From: Amoebidium appalachense
Lineage: Eukaryota; Protista; Ichthyosporea
Reading direction: 5' to 3'
DNA: 64,000 nt
NCBI GenBank assembly: GCA_963693365.1
Contig: CAVNZM010000009.1
Span: 8,847,408-8,911,407 of the forward strand
Numbering within the stretch: position 1 is the stretch's first letter; every line of letters starts with the position of its first letter. Below, piece after piece: positions 53,658-64,000 of the stretch. The notes under the pieces are model-generated. The model was not told the origin of the DNA. It saw only the letters and a program-made list of their open reading frames with translations, and did not search any database. Position numbers and translations under genes: made by a program.

Positions 53658-55089
53658 GCACATGTTTTCCACTTCTCCAGTATGTTTTCATGCGAGAGCA
53701 CCCATTCTAACGGCCAATTCCTAGCCTGTGGGGCAATTTTAACAAGTACGACTACATAATGCTCGATAATTCCATTTTTACACCATGTTTTTAGGCAATG
53801 CTGCCCTCAGAACGACCAGTTCCTAGCCTGTCTGATTACATTACCATTCACCACTATGAAGCATGCATTCATCCACAGAGTTTTCCACTTTTACACTCGG
53901 TGTTACCATGTTTTTAGGCAATGCTGCCCTCAGAACGACCAGTTCCTAGCCTGTCTGATTACATTACCATTCACCACTATGAAGCATGCATTCATCCACA
54001 GAGTTTTCCACTTTTACACTCTGTGTTAAGGCAACACCACCCTTTCCAACGGCCAATTCCTAGCCTGCAGGGCTACTTTACCAAATACAATTATGCCCGT
54101 TGATGCCTGCAATTTTCCACTTTTACACAATGTTTTTAGGCCACACCGCCCATTCTAACGACTACTTCCTAGCCTGCGGGGCTACTTCACCAAGTACGAC
54201 TGCAGCAGTGCGGACATCAACCCCATTGGGTCCATCAGCAAGACTGACCTGCGCGCATTCATCGCCTACGCTATCACTCACTTTGGATTCTCTGAGCTGG
54301 CTGGGTAAGTCCAATCTCACATTGTTTTTTTCATTAACATGATTGGTCCTTTTATAGCATGTTTAGATAACACTTTAAGCCGTTAGTGGGAAATGTGATC
54401 TTCATTGAGTAATCCTAATTTCTGATGTACGAGTATGTATCGTAAATTTCCTTAAAACAGCATCAGCTCAAGGTAACCTATGGGAACCTGTGACAGGTAA
54501 CTTGGTGCACTTAGATGTGTCGGATTCGGATAAATGAACTACTAGCATTGTAACTTTTAAAAAGCGTACGTTGTATCCATTTTGGGGTTGTTGACAAATC
54601 GAGGTTAGAAACCAGAATAGAATACGGAAAGGTCAGGGCAAAGAAGGAGAAGCTTCCCTTCCTTTCCGGAGGGGGGGGGGGGGGGGGGGGGGTGCTCTTT
54701 CATTGATGGTGTATGTCCAGGATATTGGAGGCACCCCCCACGGCTGAGCTGGAACCAATCATTGAAGGCCGAATTCAGCTGGACGAGGTACAAATACCCC
54801 CCCCCCTCCCCCCCCCCCCCCCCCCCTCCTTCTCCCCCCTCCCCCCTCCCCACACACACACACACACAAAAACAAATATGGAAAAATAGAAAGAAAAGAA
54901 AAGAACACGTAAATGGGGGGGGGGAGGAGGGGGACCAAATATCCTCAGTTCTGTGATATCCCTCGCCTTTCTCCACTTCCAACACCACCCTCACCGGCCC
55001 TCCTTCTCCAACCTTTCCACAGTCCCAGGACTCCCCCCCATCCTCCCCCCCCCCCCTCCCCCTCCCCCCCCGGTTTTTGCCTTCATCCA

Positions 55090-55136
<47 letters not shown>

Positions 55137-56036
55137 TTCTCTCCTCTAAACCACACACGTGCATTTTGAGTGCCTACCGACCCCAAACCCTCCCCCCCCC
55201 CCCCCCCCCAAGCCCCCCATCCCCTACCACATCACACACACCACCGTCATCACTAACCATCCACCCTTTTCTTCTTTTCCTTTTCCACACCATCTCCCCC
55301 CCCCACCACCACCACACACACATCTTTCTACCCTTTCCTTTTTTACACCGCCATACACTCACAGGTGGACATGGGCATGACGTATGAGGAGCTATCCCTG
55401 TACGGCCGTCTACGCAAGGTTAGCCACCTAGGCCCATACTCCATGTTCACTCACCTGCTGCAGGCCTGGGCTGACAAACTCTCTCCTGAAAAGGCACGTG
55501 AAACCCCTCCCCCCTCCCCCCTTTCCCCCCCCCCTCCCCCCACACACACACACACACCCACCCGCCTCCCCCACCACCACCCTCTTGCTCCCCTCCCTTC
55601 ACCTCTCCGGTTTCTGAGGATGGGATTATCCCCCTCCCCCTCCCTCCTCCCCCCCTCCCCCCCCCCCCCCCCCCTCCCCCCCACACACACACACACACAC
55701 ACACCGGCCTATCCAGCCACCCACCCACCCACCCACCCACCGTCCCCATCCCCTCCCTTTCCCCCCTCCCCTGCTGATGGGCTTCACTTAGGTACAACAC
55801 TCTTATGTGTTTCCATGGTTTATTACATCTATGTTATGTCACGTCGTTTTGTGTTTTTACTTTATAGCTTTAATTGCATTCTCAGTACCCTACGGGAGCC
55901 ATCACTACCATTTCCTGCTTTCTTCTCTACGTGTGAATACAGATACGTGACATTGTGTGGTCCTGCTAAGTTCACCTAAATTTTGGGGAAAGCTCTCACG
56001 TCTCTCCCCTCCCTCTAACCCCACACCTGCCCTACC

Positions 56037-56110
<74 letters not shown>

Positions 56111-56518
56111 ACAGATATCCGAGAAAGTCAAGTATTTCTTCTGGGCCTATGCCATCAACCGCCACAAGATGACCATCATTACCCCCGCATACTACGCAGA
56201 GTCCTACAGCCCTGACGACAACAGGTTAGCCTGGATACCCCACCACACAACTGCTCCCCACCCCTCCCCCCCTCCTCCTCCTCATTCTCCCTCCTCATTC
56301 TCTCTCTCTCTCTCCCCCCCCCCCCCCCCCCTTTTTCCCCTCCCCCCTCTCTCCCCCTCCCCCCCTCCCCCCTTTCCCTTCCTGACTCCTTTCCCCCCTG
56401 TCTGCCTCCCTGTCTCTCTCTCTTACCTCCCTATCCCCCCTATCCCCCCCGTCTTTTTTTTCCTCTCTGCAATTCCACAAGTTCCAAGGTCTCCCCCCTC
56501 CCTCTCTCCCCCCCCCCC

Positions 56519-56549
<31 letters not shown>

Positions 56550-56989
56550 ACACACGGGAAGGGCCTTAGGCATTGTATCCGCTGAACCACCACCCTCCTA
56601 AGACAAAGCTGACGGCCTCGGGGAGTTTTTTTTGTTTTGAAGATGGAAGGGAAAGATTTCGGGTCCCGGGGGGAGGGGGGAGGGGGGTTGAGAGGGGGGG
56701 GAGGAGGGGAGGGGCTGAAGGGGGGAGGGGGATGTGTGTGTGAAGAGGGCAGACAGGGGGGAGGGGAGGGGGTGGGAAGGAGGTTAATGTCGAAGTTGAT
56801 ACGAACGTGTTCGATAGAAAACCGAGTCCATACACGTGTGGCAAAAATCATCTCACGACATCTTTTGCCCCCAGATTTGACCTGCGGCCGTTCCTGTACA
56901 ACAGCAAGTGGACATTCCAATTCAAGGCTATAGACAGCTATCTGGCTCGATATGTGGAAGCCAAAAAAGAAGGGGTAAAATCCCAGTAG
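39862..56989 (+). CDS. NADSYN1: Glutamine-dependent NAD+ synthetase. Exons 39862-39946, 40368-40428, 40681-40803, 42189-42332, 42933-42984, 43547-43635, 44567-44684, 46177-46308, 47418-47492, 47886-48019, 48775-48926, 49461-49539, 50435-50524, 52379-52514, 53244-53350, 54173-54304, 54721-54787, 55365-55493, 56115-56224, 56875-56989 (~709 aa)
   Basis: Glutaminase domain: [53 protein letters not shown]. Synthetase domain: [72 protein letters not shown]. The 2130 nt spliced frame is open; 18 introns are GT-AG and one is GC-AG. Confidence 0.97.
45590..45661 (+). tRNA. tRNA-Glu (anticodon CTC), inside intron 7 of NADSYN1
   Basis: Identical to 19263-19334 except for one T-loop base (GTTCGATC vs GTTCGATT); followed by oligo-T. 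Confidence 0.96.
50657..51216. mobile_element. Foldback MITE with TTAA target-site duplication (Kolobok-like), in NADSYN1 intron 13
   Basis: Termini TTAA|GGAGACTTGGGGGATGGATTTT ... AAAATCCATCCCCCCAAGTTTCC|TTAA. Imperfect inverted arms extend about 250 bp (e.g. gaattagcgcagaaaccgggg / ccccggtttctgcgctaattc). Confidence 0.8.
53700..54210 (+). repeat. Five tandem ~100-125 bp units, each containing a copy of the NADSYN1 exon-16 acceptor
   Basis: ttcctag|cctg occurs with AG ending at 53724, 53826, 53949, 54063 and 54172. Units 2 and 3 are nearly identical. Confidence 0.9.
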
Positions 56990-57808
56990 TAAAATCTGCC
57001 AAACTTTTGAAGCTGTTGCCCAAGAAAGTAATATCATGTGTGCACTTAGTCTATCGGAAACAATCTGTACTGTCAGTTCACTGTGTGCACTACGTACCTC
57101 TTGCAGTATGTTTCTCTGGGTTTATATAAAAGCGCTGCAATGGGTGGTGGGTGATTGAATATGTCTGTGATTGCACACGCATGGGTTTTGGCAATGCACC
57201 ACATATGACTGTATTAGTATCATTGCAAAGTGCTAGGGAGGCCGGACACAAAAATATAGCATTTCTATAGATGTATCTGATTCAGCATTGAGAACACCTT
57301 TGCGCGCATATGTTTACGCGCGTATGTATGTAGGATTAGTTGATTGCTTTGCAAGATCTTTGTATCTCTATTGTTTGCCGGGTTAGGTTATGAAAATTGT
57401 GTATCGGGATAGGTTGTGTGAATGCTTAGTTCTATACATTTGTAAAGTCTAGAAATCCATGGTACGGTATCGGTCGGAAATGGGTTGAACGATTTTCATG
57501 TTTCCTAGGTCAGGTGACCTGTATGGCAACAAGCCACACTTTGGAATGTTGAACTACCCAAGAAAAGCCGTGTTGAAATATTCACTTTGTAGCTTTTGTA
57601 TACATGTCATGTGTTAGCACGTACTGAAAAACTTCGAGAAAGAGAAGAGCCTTGGACAATTTTTACACTTTGAAAGAGAAGAGCCTTGGACAATTTTAAC
57701 ACAACACCCGCTCTGTTCTTACCTCATTAAAAACAATACGTCCTCTTGAACTAAGGCAAGAGAAGGGGGGTGGAAGGATGGAGGGGGGAGGGGGATGGAG
57801 GAATGGGG

Positions 57809-57842
<34 letters not shown>

Positions 57843-57887
57843 TGGGGAGTGGGGGGTGGAGATGGGGGGGAAGGAGATTGGGCCACT

Positions 57888-57928
<41 letters not shown>

Positions 57929-59495
57929 GGGAGGGGGGATGGAGGGATGGAGATTGGAGAATTGAGGGATGGTGAAGGGGGGGACTCCAGAGGGATGGAG
58001 ATAGCGGTGGGCGGGGAGGGGGGGGGGGGGGGGATGGAGGGATGGAAATTGGGGTTAAGGGGTGTGTGTTTGGGGAGGAGGGGGGGGGAAAGGATGGAGG
58101 GAGGGAGATGGCAGGTGGGGATTGGGGCTCCGGGAAAGGGGGGAGGGGGGGGGGGGGGGAAGGATGGAGGGAGGGAGATGGCGGGTGGGGAGGGGGGCTC
58201 CGGGAAAGGAGGAAGGGGGGAGGGGGGTTAACTCTGAGCAACGATCGTGCCCACCCTGACACGGGTGGCAAACCGTGGCACATGCTCATAGGCCTGTCTA
58301 TCCTTTTTATTGCAGATGTAACACAGATAACAACCAGCGTGTGTGACACTACCTGTCAATCTCTGATACACCTGTCCATCGATCGATCAGTAACACATTT
58401 GTCCAATATACCTGTAAACTCACAAATGCACCGCCACTATCTGCTGTGTTACATTATGATAACGTTTTATCCCCCCCCCCCCCCCCCCGAGCCTTTTGAA
58501 TAATGGTGGACAGCTGTGCTCACTCCCGTTTCCCCCCCCCGCCTCCCCCCCCCCCTCCCCCCTCCCCCCGCGCCCTCAACCCCCCTCCCCCCCCCCCCTT
58601 TCTCTCCTGCGCTCCTCCCCCCCCCCCCCCCCTCCCCCGCCCCCTCCCCCCCCCCCCCCCCTCCCCCCCCCCCCCCCCCCCCCCCCCCTCCCTTCGGGCC
58701 CGTTGCCCCGGCCAAATACACACCCATACGTGCACCATGATACGTTCTGAATCACACGCAAAACTTACAGAGTTCATGGTCGCGAGCACCAGCTACGTAG
58801 CGGGGGGTGGGGGGGGGGTGGGGGGGTGGGGGGAGGGGGGATTTACCAGACACCTCTGCATGCCATACGCTGTGATGCAATTGAGGACTTAGATGTGCTG
58901 GGAGCCAGATGTCACATAAACCAGTGGGTTTCACCGATGTCACCTTGTAACTCTCCAGCTAGCATATGTGTCGTATCGTGACACGTGATATCTCGATGGC
59001 TTCTATTTTGCTGAGCATATCAATAAAGTCATTATAAAAACACTTTCAGTGAAGATGACACATGTTGGGGATAAAAAGGCTTACCTGCTACATCACCACG
59101 GAGAAGTGCTCTATATTATATGGCCATGGCTGTTCATGTTTCACAACGTTAATATGTTTGTCAAATGTGACTGAGTATCCTTTGTGTCGTGCACCGTTGT
59201 AGTGCCCCAAAAACTCTCACAATCGAAAACGTTGATCTCGTTTTACTCATGCATGTGTCAGTGACTTATAAAAAGGCACACCTGAGCTCTCTGTCCCCTT
59301 TAAAACCTTGACAGAAGGGAGTAAATAGGGCTGCAAATATTAAGAGGGGGCTGCTCCTTTACAGCCTGCCAGAACACACAGGCTGGTGATTCTTTTGCTC
59401 TTGCACACACTTAGGCACACACACACACACTCCATCCGGCTGCTACAGGGACCCCCCCCCCCCCCCCCCTCTCCCCTCCCCCCTTCTCCACACAT

Positions 59496-59526
<31 letters not shown>

Positions 59527-59665
59527 CCCACAAAGAAAAAAGAGAGAGAGAGAGAGAGAAAAAAAAAAAAAAACGGCAACAAAAACAAAACCAAAAAAAG
59601 AAACGAAAAACCACCACCAACAGTAACACCTTGAATCAACAGCGACTTTCACCAACCAACCGACC

Positions 59666-60028
59666 ATGTTCTCTCTTCACCGCCTTTCCTCTTTGCCCAC
59701 ATTGGCACTGGGAAACGTACGGCTTAAGATTTCCGCCTGTCTCCGTGGGCCACTTAACCCTCCAACGATCACGGCTGGGCTTCTACGGCCGTTGCTACTA
59801 CTACACACTGCTGGCCTGGTAGGTGTGGATGGTTGCATGAAACAATAGAATCTAGTTATAGTTGGTTCCAGAAATACACAAGGACACTGGTCGAATCCTT
59901 ATCGTTTCGTTATTTGAGCGTTGTTAGTATTTCTTTCCCCCCCCCCTTTTTTTTTTTTTCTTTTTTTTTCTTTGCCTAACCTCTCTCATCCCCCCCCCCC
60001 CCCCCCCCCCTTCCTCCCCCTCTCCTCC

Positions 60029-60059
<31 letters not shown>

Positions 60060-60959
60060 ACACATTCAACCTCCCCCGCCCACCTCCTCCAGAAAAACAA
60101 TTGGGGGGGGGGGGGGGGGGGGGGGGAGAACAGCCCTTTAACCGTTGTACTGCAGTGTGTTCAGCTTTTCAGCCGTCGCAGATTCCCCATATTCAATTAA
60201 AAATGGTGTTTCATTTTTATCGCTGACTTCCTTGACCATCCCGTTCAGGCCACCACCTCAAGGAGTCTTAGACGAGCACCGGCACCTATCTCACAGAAAA
60301 CTGCAGAAAGACACGAACGTGACAAAAAGATACTCAAAACGAGAAAGTACCACGGCATAACTTGGGCCGGAGCAGGATGGTACGCAATTATCCCCAACCC
60401 TCTCAATCCATCCAGAAAAGGGCTTGGGGGACCCTATGTATTCCGAGTCGGCCCTTTCAAGAGCCAACTGGCTGCGGCGCTGCAATACGAAGAAAAAATG
60501 GTGTTTATGAAGGAAAACGATCTAGTAAATCCCAGTGGGTATATCTCGAATCTCGGCAAAAAAGACAAAATTCCCGAAGATTGGTTTCAGTATGGCCCCG
60601 TGGAAAGGGAGCGAACCATGCATTGGTGGTACACAAAAATGAGGCCCCAACATCGTGAACCCGGGGTCTTTGTCGGTGTGCGAAAACAAGGCAAAAAAGT
60701 TGCTGCCAGAACAATCATCCACGGGAAACGTCTTACCCTTGGAAAATTTCCGGATGATCTCGAGGGTAAATTGCAGGCGGCCACAATGTACGACGAAACG
60801 ATACTTGCGGGACATCTAAACGGGAGATATACAACAGCGCAAGTGATGTGGCGGTTGAATTTCCCACCTACGGACAATGATGATTGCGACCCGATAATCA
60901 GAGAATTGTGGTATGGTTGGATGAAGGATGAAGACCTGGACCATAAACCGTTTGAGTGA
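59666..60959 (+). CDS. Tandem AP2/ERF-like domain protein with predicted mitochondrial presequence; exons 59666-59818, 60249-60959 (~287 aa)
   Basis: Phase-0 intron ctg|gtaggt ... ttcag|gcc. Domain 1: RKYHGITW..GWYAII..VGPFKSQLAAALQYE. Domain 2: VFVGVRKQGKKVAARTIIHGKRLTLGKF..QAATMYD..LNFP. The first ~69 aa contain no acidic residues and are R/S/L-rich. Confidence 0.72.
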
Positions 60960-61442
60960 GTTGGTCTTTGCTGGTTGACCATGTGATAGGGAGTGTATCT
61001 AGAGTATTTCTAGAGTATATCTAGTATTCCACGGTATATCAAGAGTTTATCTTTTATCTGGTTTTCTACGGTATATTTATAGTATATATTACATCTATGG
61101 TATTTATAGATTTTCAAAGTTTACGTGATTTTCCAGTCAAATCCCGGATACTTCATGCGAATAATCATTCCAAGCCCATACAATGAAGAGGTTGATACTG
61201 GTTGGTTGTCTTTAAAGGAGTTGTTTGTTACTTGTTATTGTTAGTAAAGTTGTGAGTTCCCCGGGGAAAAGGGGGGGGGGAGGAGGATGACAAGGGGAGG
61301 GGAGGGGGCGGGGAGGGAGGGAGGGGGTGGGGGGCTAAGGAGACTCTGAGGGAGCGGGGGGGCCCGGGGGGAGGGGGGGGGGGGGGGGGGGGGGGGGGGA
61401 TACACCACACATACACTCAACCACACCCACACGCATGCCACG

Positions 61443-61535
61443 CACGCAGGCACGCAGGCACGCAGGCACGCAGGCACGCAGGCACGCAGGCACGCAGGCA
61501 CGCAGGCACGCAGGCACGCACGCACGCACGCACGC
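61443..61535. repeat. (CACGCAGG)n octamer array grading into (CACG)n
   Basis: Directly visible tandem array. Confidence 0.93.
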
Positions 61536-62662
61536 AATCGTGCGCGCACCCACACCCGCACTTACCTCGGGGGCACACCTACCCGACCTAGGTTTTAGTA
61601 TACGAACGTAGTTCGTTTTTTTTTTTGTTTTTTTTTGTTTTTTTTTTCCCTCCCACACCTACAGACTCGTGCATACCTACATGCTCGCATAGCAAATTCT
61701 ATAAAGTATATAGGAAGGGGAGTCGGTCTTCCACGTCCAAATAAAAAATATATGGGACAGTGTCACACAGAATTTTTTGTTTATAATATCGAGGGGAAGG
61801 AGGAAGAGCGAAGGAGGGAGGGGGGGGGGAGGGGGGGGGGGGGGGGGTTATACGCACGATAGAGTTTGCGGCAGGATCAGAATTAATCGCAAAAGTACAT
61901 TTACGGGGAAGATGCACAGGAACGCGGGGGTGGGGGGGGGGGGGGGGGGGGGGGGGGGGCGTTTGTAAGAAAATAGGGAAGAGGGGGGAAAGGGGGAGGG
62001 GGGGCGAAGTTTTGCTATTGATTCTAAGAGAGGGGGACGGGAAAAGGAGGGGGGGGGGGAAGGGGGGAATTCTAGGCTGGAAATGAGGGATAGAGTAGGG
62101 GAGAGCCATAGGAGAGGTAGAGGACGAGGTTGTTAAGGCAAAGCGAGGCATGGGCAAAGTGGTAAGCAGTCTGTATTTCTGAGGCTACACACGCTAGACA
62201 GCTTAACCGTTAATCATCAAAACGGGGCAGAGCATGCAAGCATCCTTTTTATTTAATTCTACTCTGTCTAGTTCGGTCAGCCCCTATTAAGTATCATCTT
62301 GGCTCAATGATTTACAAACTGGATGTCCGGTTCGGTTTCGTTTCGTCAGTGAATCGTCACTCCATATATAGCAACTACGTGAACTAAGCCTGAGCGTCCT
62401 CCCCCCCCCCCCCCCCCCCCCCCCCCAGCCCCAGCCCCTCTCCACCCCCCCCCCCCCCCTCCAAACGCTCCCCATCTCCCCTCTGTTCTCCTCCTCCGTC
62501 TCTCCGCTTCCTTCTTTCCCATATGGATGCCTTCGTTCCTTTCTTGCGAAACTGTTAGTATGAGGTCACACCGAAAGACGCTAGCCCTCTCCCCCCCCTC
62601 CCCCCTCCCCCCCCCCCCCCCCTTCTTCTTTCACACACATACACGGTTGGGGTTTACGCTGT

Positions 62663-62853
62663 TTACTCGAGGCAAAGAGAGACCAGTCTCAGGTATGGGG
62701 GTCTTTGCTCGGAATATCCCCTCAGCGGTATATCATGATCACGTACATAGATGTCGGGTGATGACTATATATCAGGGTTTACTTTCTCTACGAGACACCA
62801 TAAAGACTAAGAAAAATCAATTAGTTGGGGTTCCCGGTTTTTTTTTTTTTTTT

Positions 62854-62903
<50 letters not shown>

Positions 62904-63378
62904 CTCCCCTGGGACACTCGGTATCAGCTGGTTGTGTGTGTGTGTGTGTTTGTCTGTGTGTGTGTGTGTGTGTGCGTCCGCTAGAATTTTGTAGCTATAG
63001 TGATGTGTTTCTCAAGCCAATCAATGCATCTAATAAACAGGTCGTAGTTACGCGTGTTTAGTATAAAATCAAGGATGCCGTAATTTACAGGTAGGTCATC
63101 TTTCTGGGTGTCTGTTGTGAATGTGACGTGTGTGTTGCGGTATTATGTGGTCTATCAAACTACATTTGGCAATACATGACCGTTTAAACTGGTGTGTGTG
63201 TGTGTTGTTTGGGCATGCAAACGATGCCACCTTATACTTGTTAGATCTCCACGTGCACTGTATAGCACGTGTACAGTAAAAGCGTGGTAATTGATCAATA
63301 ATACCATCAGCTAGAGAAAGACCAGTTCTACAGGAAGGTAATATGTATTTAGGTGTTATACATTTGCGAGTGCCATAT
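62663..63378 (-). repeat. Dispersed repeat copy 2 (inverted relative to 33427-34245)
   Basis: Shares the unique sequence with copy 1; the internal microsatellite and homopolymer lengths differ. Confidence 0.92.
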
Positions 63379-63571
63379 TTGGCAATATGGTTGAGGCGTT
63401 CAGTATATATAAAACGAGACATAAGGCTTAGTTTTTCAAGGTGTCTGCTTTCATCGGGTCTAGTGTCGTGTGATATCTTTTTCCATTTGTTATATTGCGG
63501 TGATTATCTTGTGATTGTGTACATGTTTAATAAGTAAGTGGCAGTCCAAAGTCACACACACACACACTTTT

Positions 63572-63681
63572 GCGGGGTTTATTTGTATTTGTTCCCAGGG
63601 GAGAAGGGGAGAGAGAGGGAAGGAAAGCGGGGTTTATTTGTATTTGTTCCCAGGGGAGAAGGGGAGAGAGAGGGAAGGAAA
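63572..63681. repeat. 55-bp direct tandem duplication
   Basis: gcggggtttatttgtatttgttcccagggg...ggaaa occurs twice. Confidence 0.9.
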
Positions 63682-64000
63682 GAGGGGATCCGAGGTGAGG
63701 AGGGGACAGGTCAGATAGAGAAGAGAGGGTGGGAGGGCAAATACTTCTTTAAGCGGCTTATGTGCTTATTGAATTTCAGCGCGAGATAGGACACTCTAGC
63801 AGCTATTGGGACCAGACCATATATCGAGAGCGTTACAGGCCCAGGTTTACAACAGTTGTTAGATAGGAACGAGGCAACTTCTGCTTCAAGGAAATTTGCC
63901 AAGGGTTTAAGCGCTCTAGTTACTTCGCTTGATTCATCAAGCTCTATTTAGAGATGTATTTAGGCCAACTGATTGGTTGGAATAGTGTTCCAACAATCAA

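Noticed and set aside
53700-54210. CRISPR-like repeat-spacer array
   Set aside because: The units are diverged tandem duplications of a splice acceptor, the intervening sequences are related to each other, there are no cas genes and the context is eukaryotic.
63780-64000. Possible exon at the window end
   Set aside because: Short frame with no recognisable motif and no linkable upstream exon.

Overview
Eukaryotic, intron-rich genomic DNA full of homopolymers (poly-C/G) and microsatellites ((CA)n, (GA)n). Gene content and exon structure suggest a unicellular holozoan such as an ichthyosporean; this is inference only. I assembled five spliced genes by hand, with reading phase conserved at every junction: (1) an insect-AANAT-like GNAT acetyltransferase (2 coding exons); (2) a membrane-anchored diflavin NADPH oxidoreductase (15 exons); (3) a TALE-class homeobox gene (2 exons, minus strand); (4) glutamine-dependent NAD+ synthetase NADSYN1/QNS1 (20 exons, one GC-AG intron); (5) a tandem AP2-domain protein with a mitochondrial-presequence-like N-terminus (2 exons). 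Also present are a frameshifted fascin-like gene, two near-identical intronic tRNA-Glu(CTC) genes, a chromovirus relic, two decayed LINEs, a TTAA-flanked foldback MITE and a dispersed repeat in two copies. The strongest unexplained signal is an apparent simple-repeat splicing code. Degenerate 5' splice sites are followed by a sense-strand poly-C run, whereas GTRAG donors are not. Many 3' splice sites have (CA)n in place of a polypyrimidine tract, often with a distant branch-point motif. Most ORFs in the supplied track are low-complexity artefacts.
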